Shown: positions 1 to 11,450 of the stretch, piece by piece
Layout of the letters: every line of letters starts with the position of its first letter
Position numbering within the stretch: the stretch's first letter is position 1
NCBI RefSeq assembly: GCF_006345805.1
Contig: NC_043014.1
Coordinates: 10,230,001 to 10,294,000, forward strand
Direction: 5' to 3'
DNA from: Octopus sinensis
Lineage: Eukaryota
Length of the DNA: 64,000 bases
Notes under the pieces: generated by a model
What the model was told of the DNA's origin: nothing
Database searches by the model: none
The model's input: only the letters and a program-made list of their open reading frames with translations
Translations under genes and position numbers: made by a program

Positions 1-119
1 TATTTCCCTGAAAATTTCATACGTTTCGAAAGGTTTGTCCGTTCAATAAGTAAATACGTAAATACATAAATAAATAGGAAAAAGACTGGGAAAGCCAGTG
101 AATATAGATGCAGTATATA

Positions 120-430
120 TGCAGGAGTGGCTGTGTGGTAAGTAGCTTGCTTGGCACAAGGACAGTAATCCTATGGTTGGGAAGTAAGTTATTTACATCG
201 ACTAGTACTTTTTTGGGGGCTCTGAAAGAATGAAAGGCGGAATTTGAACTCAGAGCGTAAAACTGCCCTCGTGGCAAATTATAATGAAATAAAGTAGCTT
301 GCTTACCGGCTACATGGTTCCGGGTTCAGTCCCACAGTGTGGCAACTGGGGCCAGTGTCCTCTGCTATAGCCACGGGCCGAGCGAAGCCTTGTGAGTGGA
401 TTTGGTAGACGTAAACTGAAAGAAGCCCGT
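120..430 (+). mobile_element. Composite of SINE family B pieces (head fragment, short reverse family A remnant, 5' half with variant head)
   Basis: GCAGGAGTGGCTGTGTGGTAAGTAGCTTGCTT head at 120-152. B-box-like GGTTCAGTCCC and the body up to GAAAGAAGCCCG at 292-430, followed by (TG)n. Confidence 0.7.
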
Positions 431-445
431 GTGTGTGTGTGCGTA

Positions 446-489
<44 letters not shown>

Positions 490-523
490 TGTGTGAAATA
501 TTTCTATTTACTATATATTAGCG

Positions 524-933
524 GCGAGCTGGCAGAAACGTTAGCACGCCGGGCGAAATGCGTAGCCGTATTTCGTCTGTCATTACATTCTGAGTTCAAA
601 TTCCGCCGAGGTCGACTTTGCCTTTCATCCTTTCGGGGTTGATAAATTAAGTACCAGTTACGCACTGGGGTCGATGTAATAGACTTAATCCCTTTGTCTG
701 TCTTTGTTTGTCCCCTCTTTGTTTAGCCCCTTGTGGGTAGTAAAGAAATAGGTATTTCGTCTGCCGTTACGTTCTGAGTTGAAATTCCGCCGAGGTCGAC
801 TTTGCCTTTCATCCTTTCGGGGTCGATAAATTAAGTACCAGTTACGCACTGGGGTCGATGTAATAGACTTAATCCCTTTGTCTGTCTTTGTTTGTCCCCT
901 CTTTGTTTAGCCCTTGTTGGTAGTAAAGAAATA
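524..933 (+). mobile_element. SINE family A dimer (full monomer plus head-less monomer)
   Basis: A-box TGGCAGAAACG and B-box GAGTTCAAATTCC. Second unit starts at 751 (GGTATTTCGTC). 12-bp TSD TATATATTAGCG at 512-523 and 934-945. Confidence 0.9.
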
Positions 934-2584
934 TATATATTAGCGTACAGAAATCCAGTCACTATCATAGAAGAACGTTTATGTATTGTATTAAATTTTA
1001 GAGATTAGTCAAATCACAACATTGATATAGTTTAACCGTTCAGTGGCGTGATATTCATTCTACAAATCCTAATCTAACGCATATTTAACTATCGGCTATT
1101 TCTATTCTATGGACAACGTCGGTTTGAGGCAATCAAACCGATTCCAGAGCATATATTTTTCAACTGTGGGTCCCGTTGCCAAACTACCAAGTTTGGGAAA
1201 GTAAACAAATCAAAAACCAAATCCACTCACAAGGTATTGGTCACCTAGTGGCTATACTAGAAGACACATGTCCAAGGTGCTGCGTAGTGGGTTTAAACCC
1301 GGAACTATCAGGCTGCAAAGCGAGCTTCTTAACTAGACAACATTTGTCTTGTATCTTACAACAAATTACTCGAGTCAGCCTTAGATTCTTGGCTCAATAT
1401 ATTCATTCACATGAAAAACACGTGCTACACAAGACTTGTATCAGAGTTTACAACGAACGCCTGTATTATCTAATTTAAACATGGAAAATGAAATTTATTT
1501 TCTATTCTACGTGTTATCAGTTAATCGTAAGAGAAACTAAATTAAGTTTTCGGCTAACAAATTATAGATTCTCAGAGATTATTATAGTTCTTGCCAAACC
1601 CCACAAAAATATCACAAATAATATGCATTGGTGAACACAACATTTTTAGAACGTGTCAAAAATCCAACTGTTACATATAAATTGCTGGCTCCCGATATTT
1701 TCTCGTCTCGGAGCATGTATAGTAATTTACCGCGTGATATGTATTAACACAATTCCACTTTATGATTATTGCCCCAGTAAGGTCGCAGCCTAATGACTAA
1801 AACGAGTGAAAGATAAATGATAAGCGTTTTATTTATTCAAATCCAGCAACACCGAGGACCTGATAGCGATTATTGTTGATGATCATAGAAAAAGAGCCTC
1901 GCTTGGGAGCTGGGATCATTTTTAACTTAACGGCCTATCTAATGGTATGGTGAGCATGTCGGGAATGGAATCATTTTCACCCTCTGGACAAACAGTCAAA
2001 ATTGTGAGATTGTCCTCATAGTTAATAACGTCCTTTGAAGCATATTTTGAACTGAGTTTGCTTCGTATTCTTCAAGCGGCTGCCACGAGGATGCGTTTCA
2101 CCAAACTTAATCGTAAGCAATTTTCTACCCGATAACCAACAATTTCTTATGCTATTCCTTATTGTCAACTTGTAAATAACTCAACTGTTTTATGTATCTG
2201 AGTGTTATTCGCCGTGTATTGGGGCGCAAACCTCAAAAAAGTATAACATCTGATTCAATGTGCACTTAGTATGATAGTTGTAACCGACAACGCCTATCTT
2301 CTGCGAATGTACCCATAAATCCCAAAATATTCTATTTGAACTTATGCCCAATCAAAACGTTTTGAGAGCTCATGAGCAGCCTGATGAACGTACCGCTAAG
2401 TCGAACTTTTCACTCGTTTTTCGTAGTCCAAAAATTGGCTCCATATAGAAAATGCAATCATCGTACTTTCTAAAACTAGACTAGCTTTCTTGTCTTTGGA
2501 GTTCTTGATTACTAAATGTTGTGAATATTATTTAAAAGCATTCTAGGATTATTTAGTTTAGAGTTATCGTGAAAATCTACTTAC

Positions 2585-2735
2585 CATTGAACATATAGGA
2601 TTTGTGGCACTTGAAGTTACTGAGCATCTTGCCTTTTGCGCGTACAACGCTTTCTCCCCTTTTGAGCTGAAGTTGGGGCAAATTAATGGGTGGATTTCTT
2701 CCTGAATAATGGTCAAATCCTCAGATGTCATTCTA
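2585..2735 (-). CDS. Candidate coding exon (151 bp), unverified
   Basis: T10-GTCAG acceptor and ATG|GTAAGT donor. Only one frame is open (RMTSEDLTIIQEEIHPLICPNF...PICSM). No recognised homology. Confidence 0.25.
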
Positions 2736-3101
2736 CTGACAAAAAAAAAATTTCGAAAATAAGCTGTTACTTCTATCGGAATAACAACTTAACTAGACAA
2801 TTTTGATGAGTGTCTAGTATTTATTGAATGCTACATATTGTAATATAAGTTCTTCCGTAGAATATCCAGTTTTATAATTTCTTCGTCTCAATTTATTTTC
2901 AGTGAGAGGCTATGGGAAATCTGTGTTTCTTTCATCATTAAACCTCTGTAATAATTACATCTAACACACGATAGAGAGAATGAACATTAAGCATACAGCT
3001 GTAACATTTCGATTAACTTTGGCAACAGTTGCAGTGAAACACTAACAGTTTCTGGATAGTTTTATTCTTCCCCTACGAACAGCAGATTCGTAATACATTA
3101 G

Positions 3102-3181
3102 ATAGTTATCATTAATTTGGTTACAGATAACAGAGATAACAATAGTTATCATTAATTTGGTTACAGATAACTGAGAGATAA
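3102..3181. repeat. 40-bp tandem duplication
   Basis: ATAGTTATCATTAATTTGGTTACAGATAAC begins at 3102 and again at 3142. Confidence 0.9.
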
Positions 3182-3847
3182 TAATCAATGTGCTGCAGTT
3201 TTCTAGGAGATTGTCGCATCTGTGTAGACAGACGATAATTTAACTATAAACAATATGGCGTTCAAATCGTCTGCCTATAGTTGGTCATAATGTGATATTG
3301 TAAAGCAAATCGATCGTCTGGTGATTTGTTGTTGCAAAAATCAGAATCTGCCATAAGTAATAAATAAAAAGAACTAAATATAAGACTTATGTTTATCATT
3401 TCTCTTAAGCATATCATGAGTGACATGTTGTGATATTTTAATAAGAATTTATCATCATCATTTTATCCAGTCAGTAGTAAACATGACATAATTTGATAAG
3501 AGTATTTCCTCTCTAGACATACTACAATTGTAATTCAGTTTTTAAACAGATCGGACATCGTGACAAAAAAAGAAGAGAAAACTACATTAATAGAAATACA
3601 TACATCTATATACAAAAACGTTTGGACGTGTGTGTGTATGTGTACAATATATGCGCAGCGTGTGTCTGTTCTAGGGAAGATTTTCTTTTAGACTTATGGA
3701 GCTGAAAACACGATTGAGTTCTAATGTTTTTTTTCTTTTTAGTTTATATTAACAAATTCTCATTTCGATGAATCTTACGCTTATATTTCGTTTGGAACGA
3801 TAAGGTTATGAAATTTCCTCTTTACAAAAGTTTGCTGTCTATCTCAC

Positions 3848-3940
3848 CTAATCTTCTGGGCGAGACGATGCTTTCCCATCTCTGCTCCTCCTTTCGTATA
3901 AATTTCCCCACCATATCTTGAGAGTGACAGCTTTGGTGTT
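3848..3940 (-). CDS. Candidate coding exon (93 bp), unverified
   Basis: CGTAG acceptor and AG|GTGAGA donor. Two frames are open, one phase-compatible with the 2585-2735 candidate. Confidence 0.18.
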   Translation of the reverse strand, partial: NTKAVTLKIWWGNLYERRSRDGKASSRPED

Positions 3941-4229
3941 CTACGAGATTACATTTAATGTTGTAAAGTATATATGTTGTGTGCTTATTCTACACTTTAA
4001 ATCTAGCGCATTGTCTTCTATTTATAATTAAAGAGATAAAATGCAGTATTATTTTCCATAATATTTTACGAAGCGGCTTTTTGTACGGTAGGTGACATAG
4101 TACGTTATAAATTCTTCTTATATTAAGGGGTGGGGAGAAAGCGTTGTACTCGTCTAACTAATATATATACCTATCCTACTATGTATATACACCACACACA
4201 CGCACACACACACGTATAGACACTGACAT

Positions 4230-4261
<32 letters not shown>

Positions 4262-4365
4262 TGCGAGTTGCATGTGATTTATGTCCTAAAGGGAGAGTGT
4301 TATACTCGCCTAGCTAATGTAACGATATTCCCACGTACACACACACACACAAATATATATATATG

Positions 4366-4720
4366 CTGAGACCCCTTTCGGCCATGACTGACCATAGGAT
4401 TGCACCTAGAAAGTTACCCTCCGAGGCACAAGTACGGGCAAGGTTGTTTATGGAAGACCAGCAGTCGTCCATGCAAACCGGCCTCCCCTCTCCACAAAAC
4501 TGATGTTTTCAAAGGGAAAGGCAAAGGGGCCAATAGAGCTTGGCACCAGTGACGTCGCAACTGATTTCTACAGCTAAGTCAACTGGAGCATTGTGGAATG
4601 GAGTGTCTTGCTCAAGAACACAACACGCAGTCCGGTTTGGGATTCGAGCTCACAACCGCGCGATCGTAAGGTCGACGCTGTAGCCAGCGAGCCAATCAGA
4701 AGTAGAACAGAAAGAATACA
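4366..4720 (-). mobile_element. tRNA-derived SINE family C
   Basis: Degenerate tRNA-like head, CTTGAGCAAGACAC core-like motif, and a 3' part GACGTCACTGGTGCCAAGC...CTAGGTGCAATCC also seen at 26285-26475. Confidence 0.75.
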
Positions 4721-5038
4721 ACTGACGGAAACCAACAAAACACAACATGCGGGAAAAAAGACGATAGTAGGACAAACGGCAAACATGAGAGAAACAAGAT
4801 ACACGGATCGTTCGCAGCCGATTCCCTTATCAGTCTTCATACGTAAAGTCTTTGTAGTTTCGCCCATCCACCCTTACATATAATGCCATTGACAAAAACT
4901 AGGCAAACATTGCGGGTGATTAACATAAACCTCTCACACATTGGCATTAGATTTTCTCAACCTGAGCTTTGACACTTTCATCCTTTCGGGAACGATAAAT
5001 AAAGTACCAGTTTCGCACTGGGGTCGATGTAATCGACT

Positions 5039-5522
5039 TAAACCCTTTGTCTCTCCTTGTTTATCCCCTCTATGTTTAGCCCCTTGTGGGCAATAAAGAA
5101 ATATATATCACAAAACATGCATATATTATTTGATGAATGTACATAAACATACACTCATCGTTTAAACCCTTTGTCTCTCCTTGTTTATCCCCTCTATGTT
5201 TAGCCCCTTGTGGGCAATAAAGAAATATATATCACAAAACATGCATATATTATTTGATGAATGTACGTAAACATACACTCATCGTTTAAACCCTTTGTCT
5301 CTCCTTGTTTATCCCCTCTATGTTTAGCCCCTTGTGGGCAATAAAGAAATATATATCACAAAACATGCATATATTATTTGATGAATGTACGTAAACATAC
5401 ACTCATCGTTTAAACCCTTTGTCTCTCCTTGTTTATCCCCTCTATGTTTAGCCCCTTGTGGGCAATAAAGAAATATATATCACAAAACATGCATATATTA
5501 TTTGATGAATGTACGTAAACAC
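5039..5522 (+). repeat. 124-bp minisatellite (about 4 copies) spanning a family A SINE 3' end and its flank
   Basis: TAAACCCTTTGTCTCTCC starts at 5039, 5163, 5287 and 5411. The first half of the unit is the SINE A tail (SINE fragment from ~4975). Confidence 0.92.
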
Positions 5523-5860
5523 TCCACCTCTCTCGTTTAAACTGAATGAATGTTATAAACGCATATAAACACCATTAATTTCCGTTGATGAACATGCATC
5601 AAATAAAATAATTATAAATGGTGATGGAATGGGAAGAACTCATTATACTTGCAATATGACGTGCACTTAATGTCTCATTAATGTGTGTTCAATATATTCT
5701 TTGTTTGTTGCAACTAGATTGTGCTGAGAATCAATTTGGTTAAATAGCAAAAAAAAAAAAAAATGAAACAGATCTGGGGAAATTATTGTCATATTTTTTG
5801 CTAGCTACTCACAGATGTATAGAAATTATGAGTGGCCTTAGGGACGTGCCGTTCCCGATC

Positions 5861-6289
5861 TTTTCGGTTTGAACGGCAGTTTTTTAACATAATTTCTAGT
5901 TAACTAAACACTTTTAAACTTCGTATACTGGTAGAATGTGTTTATAAAACATATTTTTCTCTTGGCTTTATTGAGAAAATTCTATAGTTTGTAAAGTATT
6001 TGTTGTTTTTTTCTTCAATTTCTGCAATTTCAACCAATCAATGACGTCTATTGAGGTGAAAACATTCTTGCCGTATGGATATGCCCCTCGTTTAAGAAAC
6101 AGATTGGGTTTATTTACATTTCTGAAGAAAAAAAAGATACCCTTACCACCACCCCTAACTCTAACCCAAACCTTAACCAACCCTAACCTTAAAACAGATT
6201 TGAAATGCAATAGATCGATACTGGGGTCATAATTACGTGTGACAATTTCATATGACACCGCTAGAAAAAACTGCCGTTCAAACCGAAAA
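5861..6289. mobile_element. Non-autonomous DNA element with 25-bp inverted repeats and an internal degenerate (CCCTAA)n tract
   Basis: TTTTCGGTTTGAACGGCAGTTTTTT (5861-5885) is the exact reverse complement of 6265-6289. ACCCTAA-like units at ~6140-6191. Confidence 0.7.
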
Positions 6290-6937
6290 TATCCTGGAAC
6301 ACATCTGAGGAAATTATAGTCATATCTTTTGCTAGCTGCTCACAGCTTTATAGAAATGTGTTCCATCACAAATGTAAATAAACCCAATCTGTTTCTTAAA
6401 CGAGGGACATATTCATACGGCACAGAATGTTTTTACCTCAAAAGACGTCATTGATTGGTTGAAATTGAATTCGTAAACTACTAGCACTCGTTTATTTTTG
6501 TACTTGGCCTTATGAATGCTACCAGCTTCCAAATATTTTTTATATTATTTCAATTCTCGCGAAATCACCGCTATCTCACTTCATTATCTATAAGTAGGAG
6601 TGGCAGCACCAATGTCAGAACAAACTTCGAATGCAGCAAAATTCTGTTATATCTGATACACAGGACGCGTGAACATCGACTGGAAATCCTTGATTAGAAT
6701 TTAATGTTACAGAAATTTAATAAAGGCAGCGTCCTGGCTGAATAGTTATTTTATCGGTTAAAATGCTTATCGGAATTTCATCCGATTTTTGCGCTTGAGT
6801 TCAAATCCCGCTGATATCAAGTTTGCCTTTAATCATTTCGAGATCGATAAAATAAGTACAACTTGAGCAGTGGGGACAATGTAGTCGATTATCCCTCTCA
6901 CGTAAAACTGCTGACCTTATTCCAAAATTTAAAACAT

Positions 6938-7042
6938 TTGTCAGTCTCTCAACTCATGATCGTAAATCTTGATTTTCTATGAAGTTGCGAACTCTCTCCA
7001 GGCAATTGTATCACCAACATTATATACTCTTTCTACTATTTC
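6938..7042 (-). repeat. ~105-bp inverted copy of 10206-10310
   Basis: About 4 mismatches over the core 80 bp when aligned by eye with the reverse complement of 10231-10310. The match continues through CTCTTTCTACTATTTC. Confidence 0.85.
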
Positions 7043-7607
7043 ATGATGAAATGGGTACAGATTCTTCAACGTCTCTCGCTGAAGCGTAATCGAAATGAAG
7101 TAAATGTAAAACTGCATATTCTACGGATAAATTTTTATAACTAGAAATATGCAGCATTCAACTACATAACAGCATTTAACTAAATACCAGGTACAAGTGA
7201 AAATTATCCAGTTAACTGCAGCTTGTCTGACAGAAGTAGCATCGCGTTTCCTCTAATTGTGGCAGAGACCAAATTTGAAGCAGTTCCTTAAGCAAAGAGT
7301 AGGTACAACTGTGGGTACGTCGTAAGAAGTTTCCTTTTTCGGATAACCTGAACGAGTCTAGAAAATGTGAAACATGTGAATTTTTGTGTGTTTTAAAAAA
7401 GGAAAAAAAGAATTCTGAACATTGTGTTGTTTAAATAAGAGGTTTATTGCCTCATTGTGTTTTGGGGAAAAAGGGAAAAAACATTGTTTTAGAGAAGTGA
7501 ATGTCAGCGGGCGCTTTTTGTCTTCTCCCATCATCATCATTTTTGTATCACCATCATTCATACCATTAATGTCCATGTCCAGCCCGCAAAGCTTCTTTCT
7601 GTGTGAT

Positions 7608-7945
7608 GCCCTTGTGGCAAATTATATGAAATAAAGAAGTTTCCTTCTTAACCACATAGTTCCTGGTTTATTCCTACACTTTGGCACCTTCGGTAAGTGC
7701 TTTAAACTATAGCCCCGGGTCGACTTGTTTCTTGCGGATGGATTTAGTAGAAGAAACTGAAGAAATCCGTGATTGCCACCCACAACTGTTTGACTACCGG
7801 TGTCGGTCTGTTTACACGCAATAACTCAGCAGTGCAACAACAGAAGTGGAATAAAGAGCATAAGATTTTAATAAAACCTAATAACAAAACGGTTCCCTAT
7901 CATGGCTGCAGTCCAAAAAATGTCAAAAACTGAAAAGATAAGAAA
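7608..7945 (+). mobile_element. Degraded SINE family B with variant head
   Basis: GCCCTTGTGGCAAATTATATGAAATAAAG head shared with 265-291, followed by a diverged B body and tail. Confidence 0.6.
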
Positions 7946-8369
7946 TAATTTTGTTAATGATTTTTGCTATTTTCCAAGTTGAAATTATTTTCTTAACAGC
8001 TTCGAAGTAGAATTTAATATTCTTTTACTTATCCTACTTTGGAATAAATATGTTGTTTACACCAAAAGAAATAATTCGGAAAATAAAATTATCTAAGTCT
8101 CAGATAGGTGAATGAGTACATATTTTATATTCAATATCTGATAAGCAATGAGAAAGATCACACCACTTTCAGCAGCCAATCAGCGTCGAGGCAGTGCAAC
8201 ACCGCGTTGGCCAGCCAATCTTCGTGAAGACATGCGGTTTTTTTCTGGCACATGTACGTCAACCTAATTTCTTCACCTATCAACAAGTTACCGTACCTTA
8301 GGAAACATTGAGTACCATGTATATGAATAATAACTATAAGTTGTCATGCAGAAAGGTACAGCTTTGAAA

Positions 8370-9456
8370 GGCAGCGAGCTGGCAGAAACGTTAGCACGCT
8401 GGGCGAAATGCTTAGCGCTATTTCGTCTGCCGCTACGTTCTGAGTTCAAATTCCGCCGAGGTCGACTTTGCCTTTCATCATTTCGAGGTCGAATAAATAA
8501 GTACCAGTTACGCACAGGGGTCGATGTAATCGACTTAATCCGTTTGTCTGCCCTTGTTTGTCCTCTCTGTGTTTAGCTCCTTGTGGGTAGTAAAGAAATA
8601 AGTATTTCGTCTGCTGTTACGTTCTGAGTTCAAATTCCGCCGAGGTCGACTCTGGCTTTCATCCTTCCGGGGCCGATAAATAGAGTACCAGTTACCTACT
8701 GGAGTCGATATAATCGACTTAATCCGTTTGTTTGTCCTTGTTTGTCCCCTCCGTGTTTAGCTCCTTGTGGGTAGTAAAGAAATAGGTATTTCCTCTGCTG
8801 TTACGTTCTGAGTTCAAATTCCGCCGAGGTCGACTCTGGCTTTCATCCTTCCGGGGCCGATAAATAAAGTACCAGTTACCTACTGGAGTCGATATAATCG
8901 ACTTAATCCGTTTGTTTGTCCTTGTTTGTCCCCTCTGTGTTTAGCTCCTTGTGGGTAGTAAAGAAATAGGTATTTCCTCTGCTGTTACGTTCTGAGTTCA
9001 AATTCCGCCGAGGTCGACTTTGCCTTTCATCCTTTCGGGGTCGATAAATTAAGTACGAGTTACGCACTGGGGTCGATATAATCGACTTAATCCGTTTGTC
9101 TGTCCTTGTTTGTGCTCTCTGTGTTTAGCTCCTTGTGGGTAGTAAAGAAATAGGTACTTCGTCTGCCGTTACGTTCTGAGTTCAAATTCCGTCCAGGTCG
9201 ACTTTGCGTTTTCTCTTTTCGGGTCGATTAAATAAGTACCAGTTATGCACTGGGGTCGATATAATCGACTTAATCCGTTTGTCTGTCCTTGTTCTGAGTT
9301 CAAATTCCGCCGAGGTCGACTTCGCCTTTCATCCTTTCGGGGCCGATAAATTAAGTACCAGTTACGCACTGGGGTCGATGTAATCGACTTAATCCCTTTG
9401 TGTGTCATTGTTTGTCCCCTCTGTGTTTATCTCCTTGTAGGCAATAAATAAATAAA
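8370..9456 (+). mobile_element. SINE family A hexamer (one head plus five head-less units)
   Basis: Units start at 8370, 8601, 8785, 8969, 9153 and 9292 (184-bp period; unit 5 truncated). 14-bp TSD AAAG(G/A)TACAGCTTT at 8352-8365 and 9457-9470. Confidence 0.92.
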
Positions 9457-9639
9457 AAAGATACAGCTTTCAGCAAGGTGAAAGTAGATCGGATGAAATT
9501 CCAGCAAATCTCATCCTCAGAATTTTTATTCTTTTACATGTTTCAGTCATTAGATTGCGGCCTTGCTGGTGTACCACTTGTTTGTCAAGATTTTAAACTA
9601 TATAGTTCTGTAAAACATGTAATGTGAATGGAAACTGAT

Positions 9640-10490
9640 GCAAAGGAGGGAGTTAGCGAACAGACATTATATTACACTACAGATAAGTGATCGTTGGTTG
9701 ACATCAAAAGAAATACAGAAAACGTTCCATGGCAATGTCTATAGTTTAAGTGACAGAGCTTCAAGATGAAGACTTTTCGAAGGATGAGTCAAAATGAGAA
9801 GAGAAAAAACACGAGAATATTCTTCAGAGAAGTAAACATCTTTTTATGAGCAGAATTTTAGCACTAATTTGCATGAAATTATGAGAGGAAGTTATCAAAT
9901 TTTTTGGAAGCCATGAATTGAAATATGGGAATTACTGGGAAAATGAAGATTTGTTGTGTTAATGCATCCCAACAACAACCAAAAAAAAAATAATAATCTT
10001 GTCAGTGCGACGCTATAAGGTTTTACGTCTGATCGTATTATAATGGTAAATGGAAATTTAGATGCTGAAAGTTGTCGAAAGACTTTTATAAAAACCATAT
10101 TTCTCCCCTCGCTAATTGAGAGCAGGAATTTGGTCTCAACATGATTTGAATAAAGAATTTGTTTTCAGTTCAACGGCGCTTAATATGTACTGAAAAATCC
10201 AGAACGAAATAGTAGAAAGAGCATTTAATATTTGTGATACAATTGCCAGGAGAGAGTTGGCAACTTCATAGAAAATCAAGATTTACGACCATGAGTTGAG
10301 AGACTGACAACGGTTTCTTAAGTGAGCAGCAAATCTCCATTAAATGAAGCAATGATCAATATCTGATTCAGAACAATAAATCCAAAAGCGCTGAAGAATT
10401 TTATAGCTCCCATGCAAAGATGAAATAATACGATCGCCAAAGACCAAGACGATCCTATAAAATATTGACGTAAAGTGTCATTCGTAAACT
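9640..10490 (+). pseudogene. Degraded Tc1-like transposase relic
   Basis: Broken-frame motifs RIIMVNGNLDAE, VFQFNGA (cf. FQQDNA), NFIEN (cf. NPIEN) and C-terminal IAKDQDDPIKY* (cf. GGxTKY*). Confidence 0.55.
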
Positions 10491-10673
10491 AAATATTATT
10501 TTGCTTTATAGGGTGATGTCATTCCTATACGACTAGTTTAGGTTAAAAAGCATTTGTTTTAGTATTATAAAACATCAATTTTAAAGTAACAAAGAATATA
10601 AAACATTATAATAAAATTTGCAGAAGACTAATAAAGTATTTCCATGTAGGAAAATTATGAGAATTTTTAGTAA

Positions 10674-10878
10674 AGGAGCAGGAGTGGTTGTGTGGTAAGT
10701 AGCTTGCTTACCAACCACATGGTTCCGGGTTCAGTCCCACTGCGTAGCATTTTGGGCAAGTGTCTTCTACTATAGCCTCGGGCCGACCAAAGCCTTCTGA
10801 GTGGATATGGTAGAAAGAAACACGTCGTATATATGTACATATATATATATATATATTATATATATATATATATATTAT

Positions 10879-10939
<61 letters not shown>

Positions 10940-11166
10940 ATATGTTTGTGTGTCTGTGTTTGTCCTCCCAAATTCGCTTGACAACCGATGCTGGTGTGTT
11001 TATGTCCCCCGTAACCTAGCGGTTCGGCAAAAGAGATCGATAAAATAAGTACTAGGCTTCAAAGATTAAGTCCGGGGATCGATTTTTTCGACTAAAGGCG
11101 GTGCTCCAGCATGGCCACAGTCAAATTACTGAAACAGGTAAAAGAGTAAAAAAGTAAAAGAGTAAA
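10674..11166 (+). mobile_element. Full-length SINE family B with internal (TA)n(TG)n tract
   Basis: tRNA-like head, TTGGGCAAGTGTCTT CORE-like segment, internal microsatellite at ~10827-10950, and an (AAAGAGTA)n-like tail. Confidence 0.92.
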
Positions 11167-11344
11167 GGGAAGAAATGCACATATTTCTAGATAAAATATA
11201 TCGGAAATAAAATAGAAGTTGCATTCGTTTGAAAGTCTTTGAACACTGACTTGTTGAATTCAGGTTGGTGTGCGCCTATATAATCAATTCAAATAAACGA
11301 ATAAAATTGACGGATAGCAAGAGAACGTACACAAGTAATGTATT

Positions 11345-11450
11345 AGCATGACGCTCGGCAAAAAGAGAGAGTTAGACGTTTCGAACATAGTTCTTCATCA
11401 GAAAAGAGAAAGGGAAAATCCAAAGAAAGAAACGAAGTTGCCAACAGCAC
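11345..11450 (-). mobile_element. PLE-terminus-like fragment with a hammerhead core
   Basis: Minus strand of 11375-11401 reads CTGATGA-A-GAAC-TAT-GTTC-GAAAC-GTC. Downstream TTTGCCGAGCG resembles the TTCCTGAGCG motif of the 13442 and 58480 termini. Confidence 0.6.

Noticed and set aside
140-304. 13-bp repeat AAGTAGCTTGCTT at 140-152 and 292-304 as a TSD
   Set aside because: It is the same internal motif of two separate family B pieces; the second has its own head, also seen at 7608.
1840-2560. Possible degraded DNA-transposase frames on the minus strand (YHTKC, RILVAAA*RIRS, IPDML)
   Set aside because: The motifs are short, lie in different frames and are recalled only vaguely. A blastx search is needed.
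8173-8220. Two AGCCAATC (CCAAT-box) motifs as a promoter
   Set aside because: No linked gene or TSS evidence, and such motifs are common in repeats.
524-9456. CRISPR-like or ribozyme-containing array for the SINE A and 124-bp repeats
   Set aside because: There are no unique spacers and no CTGANGA/GAAA core in these units.
6938-10310. 3.4-kb TIR transposon defined by the 105-bp inverted repeat
   Set aside because: The right arm lies inside a Tc1-like coding relic and there is no TSD.
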